DNA from: Armatimonadota bacterium
GTDB taxonomy: Bacteria > Sysuimicrobiota > Sysuimicrobiia > Sysuimicrobiales > Humicultoraceae
Assembly: GCA_052386995.1 (NCBI GenBank)
Contig: JBQTJP010000248.1
Location: 1 to 10,040 of the forward strand
Reading direction: 5' to 3'
Length of the DNA stretch: 10,040 nt
A program made the position numbers and the translations under genes. The notes under the pieces were generated by a model that was given only the letters and a program-made list of their open reading frames with translations, searched no databases and had not been told where the DNA came from. Within the stretch, counting starts at the first letter, position 1. Each line of letters begins with the position of its first letter. Positions 6,748 through 10,040 of this stretch are shown one piece after another.

Positions 6748-7386
6748 ATGGTGAGCGTGGAGCCGGCCGGCGGACACGTCGAGGACATTCCGCTCTCCCA
6801 GGTTATCGAGGGCATCCTCAACGAGGCTGGGGCGCAGCCCATGCGGGTGGGCGATCTCCTCGACCGTACCGCGGAGCGTGGGTTCGGCCTGCTCATGCTC
6901 ATCCTGGGCCTGCCGATGCTCATCCCCTTCTTGCCCCCGGGATCCTCGACGATCGTCGGTCCCATTTATGCCATGTTCGCAGTCCAGATGCTGTCCGGCG
7001 CGACCCGGCCGTGGGTGCCGCAGCGGCTGCGGGATCACGTGCTCTCGAGCCACACCCTCGAGATCCTGCGCCGGCGCGGCGTGCCGATCATTCGCGCGGT
7101 TGAGCGGATGTCGAGGCCACGGGGGATCTGGCTCGAGGACCGCCTCAGCCTGCGGCTGGTCGGCGTGGTAGTCCTGCTCATGGGCGTGATCCTGCTGGGC
7201 CCCTTCCCCCTCTTGAACACGCTGCCCGCCATCTCGGTCATGCTGCTGGGCATGAGCCTGATCAACAAGGATGCAGCCTTCATGGTCGCCGGCTTCCTGT
7301 TCGCCGGCATCTCGATCGGGCTGATTGGCGTGTCCGCCGGGTTGATTATCCGCCTGATCGAGCATATCCGCTCATTCCTGCGCTGA
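6748..7386 (+). CDS. exoD: ExoD-family membrane protein (exopolysaccharide synthesis ExoD-like)
   Basis: VGDLLD...RGFGLLMLILGLP..IP..PPG.STI.G, Q...G..RPWVP..L, ER..RPR, P.PL.NTLPA and L..KD all fit the ExoD family pattern. Confidence 0.85.
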   Translation: MVSVEPAGGHVEDIPLSQVIEGILNEAGAQPMRVGDLLDRTAERGFGLLMLILGLPMLIPFLPPGSSTIVGPIYAMFAVQMLSGATRPWVPQRLRDHVLSSHTLEILRRRGVPIIRAVERMSRPRGIWLEDRLSLRLVGVVVLLMGVILLGPFPLLNTLPAISVMLLGMSLINKDAAFMVAGFLFAGISIGLIGVSAGLIIRLIEHIRSFLR

Positions 7387-7391
7387 CCGCC

Positions 7392-7417
7392 AGGAAGCGA
7401 TGCCGGCGCCAGCGAAT
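7392..7417 (+). promoter_or_regulatory. Putative sigma-H-like promoter (AGGA-N18-GAAT) of the VOC gene
   Basis: cAGGA agcgatgccggcgccagc GAAT, 47 nt before the GTG at 7465. Confidence 0.55.
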
Positions 7418-7464
7418 TCCTCCCTTCGCACCGGTAGACACAATCGAGCGGAGGTGGGGAAGCC

Positions 7465-7830
7465 GTGGCTGGGTTTGTGCACGTGGAGATTCCAACCAAG
7501 GACCTGAAGCGAGCGAAGGTCTTCTACGGCAAAGTGTTCGGCTGGAACTTTACGGATTTCGGGAAAGAATACACCCTCTTTCGGGCCGACGGCGGCACCG
7601 GCGGCGGTATCTACAAGGTGAAGAAGGTTCCCACGAAGCCGGTCGTGCAAGCCTACATCGGGGTGGACAACCTCGACGCCAAGCTCAAGGAGATCAAGGC
7701 CGCCCGCGGCAAAGTGTTGAAGCCAAAGACAGAAATACCAAACATGGGCTGGTGGGCCTCGTTCGCCGACAATCAGGGCACAGTGCTGTTCCTCTGGGAG
7801 CCCCGCCCGCAGTCAACGCAGCCGATGTAG
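7465..7830 (+). CDS. VOC (glyoxalase/bleomycin-resistance) family protein
   Basis: FVHVEIP..D..RAKVFYGKVFGW, GGGI, YIGVDNLDA.L..I...GK...PKTEIP.MGWWA.F.D..G....LWE. GGAGGT SD at 7450-7455. Confidence 0.92.
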   Translation: MAGFVHVEIPTKDLKRAKVFYGKVFGWNFTDFGKEYTLFRADGGTGGGIYKVKKVPTKPVVQAYIGVDNLDAKLKEIKAARGKVLKPKTEIPNMGWWASFADNQGTVLFLWEPRPQSTQPM

Positions 7831-7859
7831 CAGCAAGGGCACGGGCCCAATCGTGGTGC

Positions 7860-7890
7860 GCGCGAGGGCGGGTGCTTACCGCCCTCGTGT
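7860..7890. terminator. Hairpin between the convergent VOC and GTPase genes, probable terminator
   Basis: CGAGGGCGG (7863-7871) pairs with CCGCCCTCG (7879-7887) and extends through G-U pairs. A T-rich tail follows on the + strand (tgtcttgtatgctcttttc). Confidence 0.6.
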
Positions 7891-7909
7891 CTTGTATGCT
7901 CTTTTCGAC

Positions 7910-8899
7910 TCAGGCATGAAGTTCAAGGATGTCGCCGTCTTCCAACGGATGCTCCCGTCCAATCATCTGCCCCTCGATCTCCCCACCTCGCCGCCACACC
8001 CTGGCATACTTGAGGCGTTCGGCGAAGTCCTTGTGGACGACCGCCGCGGCCTCCAGCACGGAGGTGCCGCGCCGGACGACGTACGGGACGCTGAGGTCGG
8101 GCTTCTTGCCGGGCTTCTTGCTGTAGACGCGGATCACGCCGAGCATGTCGAACATCATCCGGCGTAGCTCGCCGAGGTTGGTCCCCTGCTCCGCCGAGAT
8201 CGGGAGCAGCGGCAGCCGGCCGCCATAGAACTCCTTGAACGCCTCGAGTGCCGCCGGGGCGTCGGAGGCATCGAGCTTGGCCGCCACGTACGCTGCCGGT
8301 ACCTCGCGCGCACCGCGCGACCGCCCGGCCGGCGAGCCGGCCGGAAGCAGATCGACGTTGGCCGCCGCCAGCAGCGCCAGCAGCCGGTCGGTGGACTCCA
8401 GGATGTCGGGCGCAGCGAGGTCCACGACGACGAGCGCGCCGTCCGCGCCCCGGATGATGGCGTAGAGCCATGCTTCGGTTTCCGGGCTGATCGGCGGCAG
8501 ATCGACGAGCTGGATCTGCACGTCCTCGTACGCGGCCATGCCCGATATGGGCACGCGGGTCGAAAAAGGATAGTCGGCGACCTCGGGGGTGGCATTGCTG
8601 AGGGCGGCGAGGATCGAAGACTTGCCCGTGTTGGGCGCGCCGACGAGCACGATCTGCCCCGCGCCCTCGCGCTCGACATGATAAAAAGGAAGGCTTCGCG
8701 CCGCGCCCTTGCGGCGCTGCGTCTCCTCGCGCAGCCTGGCGATGCGGCGCTTGAGGTCGGCCTGCATCTTCTCCGTCCCCTTGTGCTTGGGGATCGTCGA
8801 GAGCATCTCCTCGAGGGCCGCCAGCCTCTGCTGGGGAGTCGTCGCCGCCTTGAACTTGCGATCGGCCGCCAGATAGTCGGGCGTCAGGTTTGCGGGCAT
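7910..8899 (-). CDS. DRG/OBG-family GTPase with C-terminal TGS domain
   Basis: N-terminal MPANLTPDY...IPKHKGTEK...LK. G1 GAPNTGKS, G2 YPFST, G3 QLVDLPP, G4 AKLD, G5 ISA. TGS region IRVYSK.PG...VHKDF...LKYARVW...GQMIGREHPLEDGDILELH. Confidence 0.92.
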   Translation of the reverse strand: MPANLTPDYLAADRKFKAATTPQQRLAALEEMLSTIPKHKGTEKMQADLKRRIARLREETQRRKGAARSLPFYHVEREGAGQIVLVGAPNTGKSSILAALSNATPEVADYPFSTRVPISGMAAYEDVQIQLVDLPPISPETEAWLYAIIRGADGALVVVDLAAPDILESTDRLLALLAAANVDLLPAGSPAGRSRGAREVPAAYVAAKLDASDAPAALEAFKEFYGGRLPLLPISAEQGTNLGELRRMMFDMLGVIRVYSKKPGKKPDLSVPYVVRRGTSVLEAAAVVHKDFAERLKYARVWRRGGEIEGQMIGREHPLEDGDILELHA

Positions 8900-8908
8900 A
8901 CGATGGGT

Positions 8909-9589
8909 CTATTGTAGCAATGGCGCGACGCTCAGGATGCGCGGAGGGTCGATCTGCGCCTGCGGCCACTCCCGACGCACAAGCGCCGCGAGCGATTCCA
9001 GATGGGCTCCGACGGCCGGGGCCGCCATGCCCACCGGGCACCACGCACCGAAGAGCGCCGCCGCCGTCTCCTCCCTCAGGCGCGTGCGATGGTCCGGCCC
9101 GTGCAGCACGCAGGCGATGATTCCCTCTGCGTCGCGGACGACCATGTCACCCTGCCGAACGGTCTGCTCCTTCAGCGCCAGTTTCGTATAGACGTCGCCC
9201 TCCTGCGCCACGTCGACGCGCAACGGCCCCGCCAGGCTCTCGAGATCATGCCCGGATGTCAGCACCAGACTGTCGACCTCCGCGGTGAACATGGCTTCGA
9301 CCAGGGCCGACGGGCTCTCGATCGAGCGTCCCTGAAGGATCGCCCTGACCTGATGCACCACGGGGTAGCGGGTGCCGTACCTGCGGAAGTGTCCCGCATA
9401 CGCGCGCGCCGTCGGGTCGGCATCGATCGTCTGGAGCGTGAACCGCTCACGGAGGCGTGCCTCGACCGCGCGCTTCTCGGGGTCGAGCCGCAGCGCGCGG
9501 GGTCGGTTTGGGCAGCCGCGGACGACCAGGGCGCCGAAGACTCCATCTGGATACTCGCGGCGAAACGCCGCGGTCAAATCGATCAACAC
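8909..9589 (-). CDS. Free-standing B3/B4 (PheT editing-domain-like) protein (about 226 aa, start uncertain)
   Basis: AY..HFRRYG..YPV..Q...I..GR.I.S.SALVEAMF.AE....VLTSGHDL, GDMVVRD.EGIIACVLHGPD.RTRL...T..ALF.AW.P.G. Probable GTG start at 9589. The ORF-track start at 9718 overlaps the divergent gene. Confidence 0.8.
   Translation of the reverse strand: MLIDLTAAFRREYPDGVFGALVVRGCPNRPRALRLDPEKRAVEARLRERFTLQTIDADPTARAYAGHFRRYGTRYPVVHQVRAILQGRSIESPSALVEAMFTAEVDSLVLTSGHDLESLAGPLRVDVAQEGDVYTKLALKEQTVRQGDMVVRDAEGIIACVLHGPDHRTRLREETAAALFGAWCPVGMAAPAVGAHLESLAALVRREWPQAQIDPPRILSVAPLLQ
8911..8919 (-). promoter_or_regulatory. Putative extended -10 sigma70-type promoter (TGcTACAAT) of the GTPase gene
   Basis: Minus strand reads TG-c-TACAAT-agacccatcgt-ATG. 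It is embedded in the last codons (TTG CTA CAA TAG) of the upstream gene, and no SD precedes the ATG. Confidence 0.55.
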
Positions 9590-9614
9590 GGTCGCACGGC
9601 CACGGACGCAGGAA

Positions 9615-9640
9615 CTTCTCCCGGACCCAGACGCGCTCCT
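9615..9640 (-). promoter_or_regulatory. Putative sigma-H-like promoter (AGGA-N18-GAAG) of the B3/B4 gene
   Basis: Minus strand reads acAGGA gcgcgtctgggtccggga GAAG, 25 nt before the GTG at 9589. Confidence 0.5.
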
Positions 9641-9644
9641 GTGA

Positions 9645-9670
9645 AGGAGCGGCTCACGCGGGTAGCGTAG
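9645..9670 (+). promoter_or_regulatory. Putative sigma-H-like promoter (AGGA-N18-GTAG) of the second binding-protein gene
   Basis: AGGA gcggctcacgcgggtagc GTAG, 41 nt before the ATG at 9712. Confidence 0.45.
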
Positions 9671-9711
9671 CCTGTAGGCGCAGCGACACCGATACGGAGG
9701 GGCGTGAACAC

Positions 9712-10040
9712 ATGCCACGGCGATTCGTGCAGCTCGCGGCCATCATGCTGGCACTGGTGAGTGGGACGGGCGTCGGAGGGGCCGGCCCCGCCGCCCCGCC
9801 GGGCACGCTCCGGATCGCCTACCCTCAGCGCATCGTCTCCGCCGATGCGCATGGGAGCGCCGCGGCCGAGCGCATCTCGATCATCCTGGGCCGCCATCTC
9901 TACGACACACTCGTCACGTGGGATCCGCAGGCCAAGAAGTTTCAGCCCGCCCTGGCCGAGCGCTGGCGCTCGACCGATCCCTCGACGTGGGAGTTCCAAC
10001 TGCGCCGCGGTGTCCGGTTCCACGACGGGCAGGAGTTCAC
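9712..10040 (+). CDS. ABC transporter substrate-binding protein, family 5 (5' part, runs off the window)
   Basis: Not in the ORF track. GGAGGGG at 9696-9702 and ATG at 9712. Manual translation gives MPRRFVQLAAIMLALVSGTGVGGAGPAAPPGTLRIAYPQRIVSADAHG...HLYDTLVTWDPQAKKFQPALAERWRSTDPSTWEFQLRRGVRFHDGQEF, which carries the family-5 signature. Confidence 0.92.
   Translation, partial: MPRRFVQLAAIMLALVSGTGVGGAGPAAPPGTLRIAYPQRIVSADAHGSAAAERISIILGRHLYDTLVTWDPQAKKFQPALAERWRSTDPSTWEFQLRRGVRFHDGQEF

Noticed and set aside
6734..6754. Mini-ORF MAGNGW* linking the permease stop (TGATG) to the exoD start
   Set aside because: Six codons can easily arise by chance, and exoD has in-frame ATG/GTG starts at 6748, 6751 and 6757. 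It cannot be supported without ribosome profiling.
1..10040. CRISPR arrays, tRNA/rRNA genes, transposases, integrases and defence genes
   Set aside because: No periodic repeats, cloverleaf structures or relevant protein motifs were seen, and intergenic gaps are short and accounted for.

Overview
GC-rich bacterial chromosomal window with no mobile element, CRISPR array or RNA gene visible. Gene order: FAH-superfamily hydrolase (+); DUF2231-like membrane protein (-); two tandem secreted cupredoxin paralogues (+); a secreted hypothetical protein (-); a family-5 (Dpp/Opp/Gsi-type) ABC binding protein with two permeases but no ATPase genes, followed by an ExoD-family membrane protein (+); a VOC-family protein (+); a DRG/OBG-like GTPase with a TGS domain and a free-standing B3/B4-domain protein (-); and the 5' part of a second family-5 binding protein (+) that the ORF track omits. 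Three observations stand out. (1) The second cupredoxin has His in place of the axial Met of the type-1 copper site (C-x4-H-x4-H versus C-x4-H-x4-M in its ~63% identical neighbour). (2) A sigma-H(Spo0H)-like motif, AGG[A/G]-N17/18-G[A/T]A[T/G], precedes all eight apparent transcription-unit starts. (3) A perfect palindrome, TGTACAC-N9-GTGTACA, lies between the divergent DUF2231 and cupredoxin promoters. All family calls come from motif recognition by eye, with no database search.
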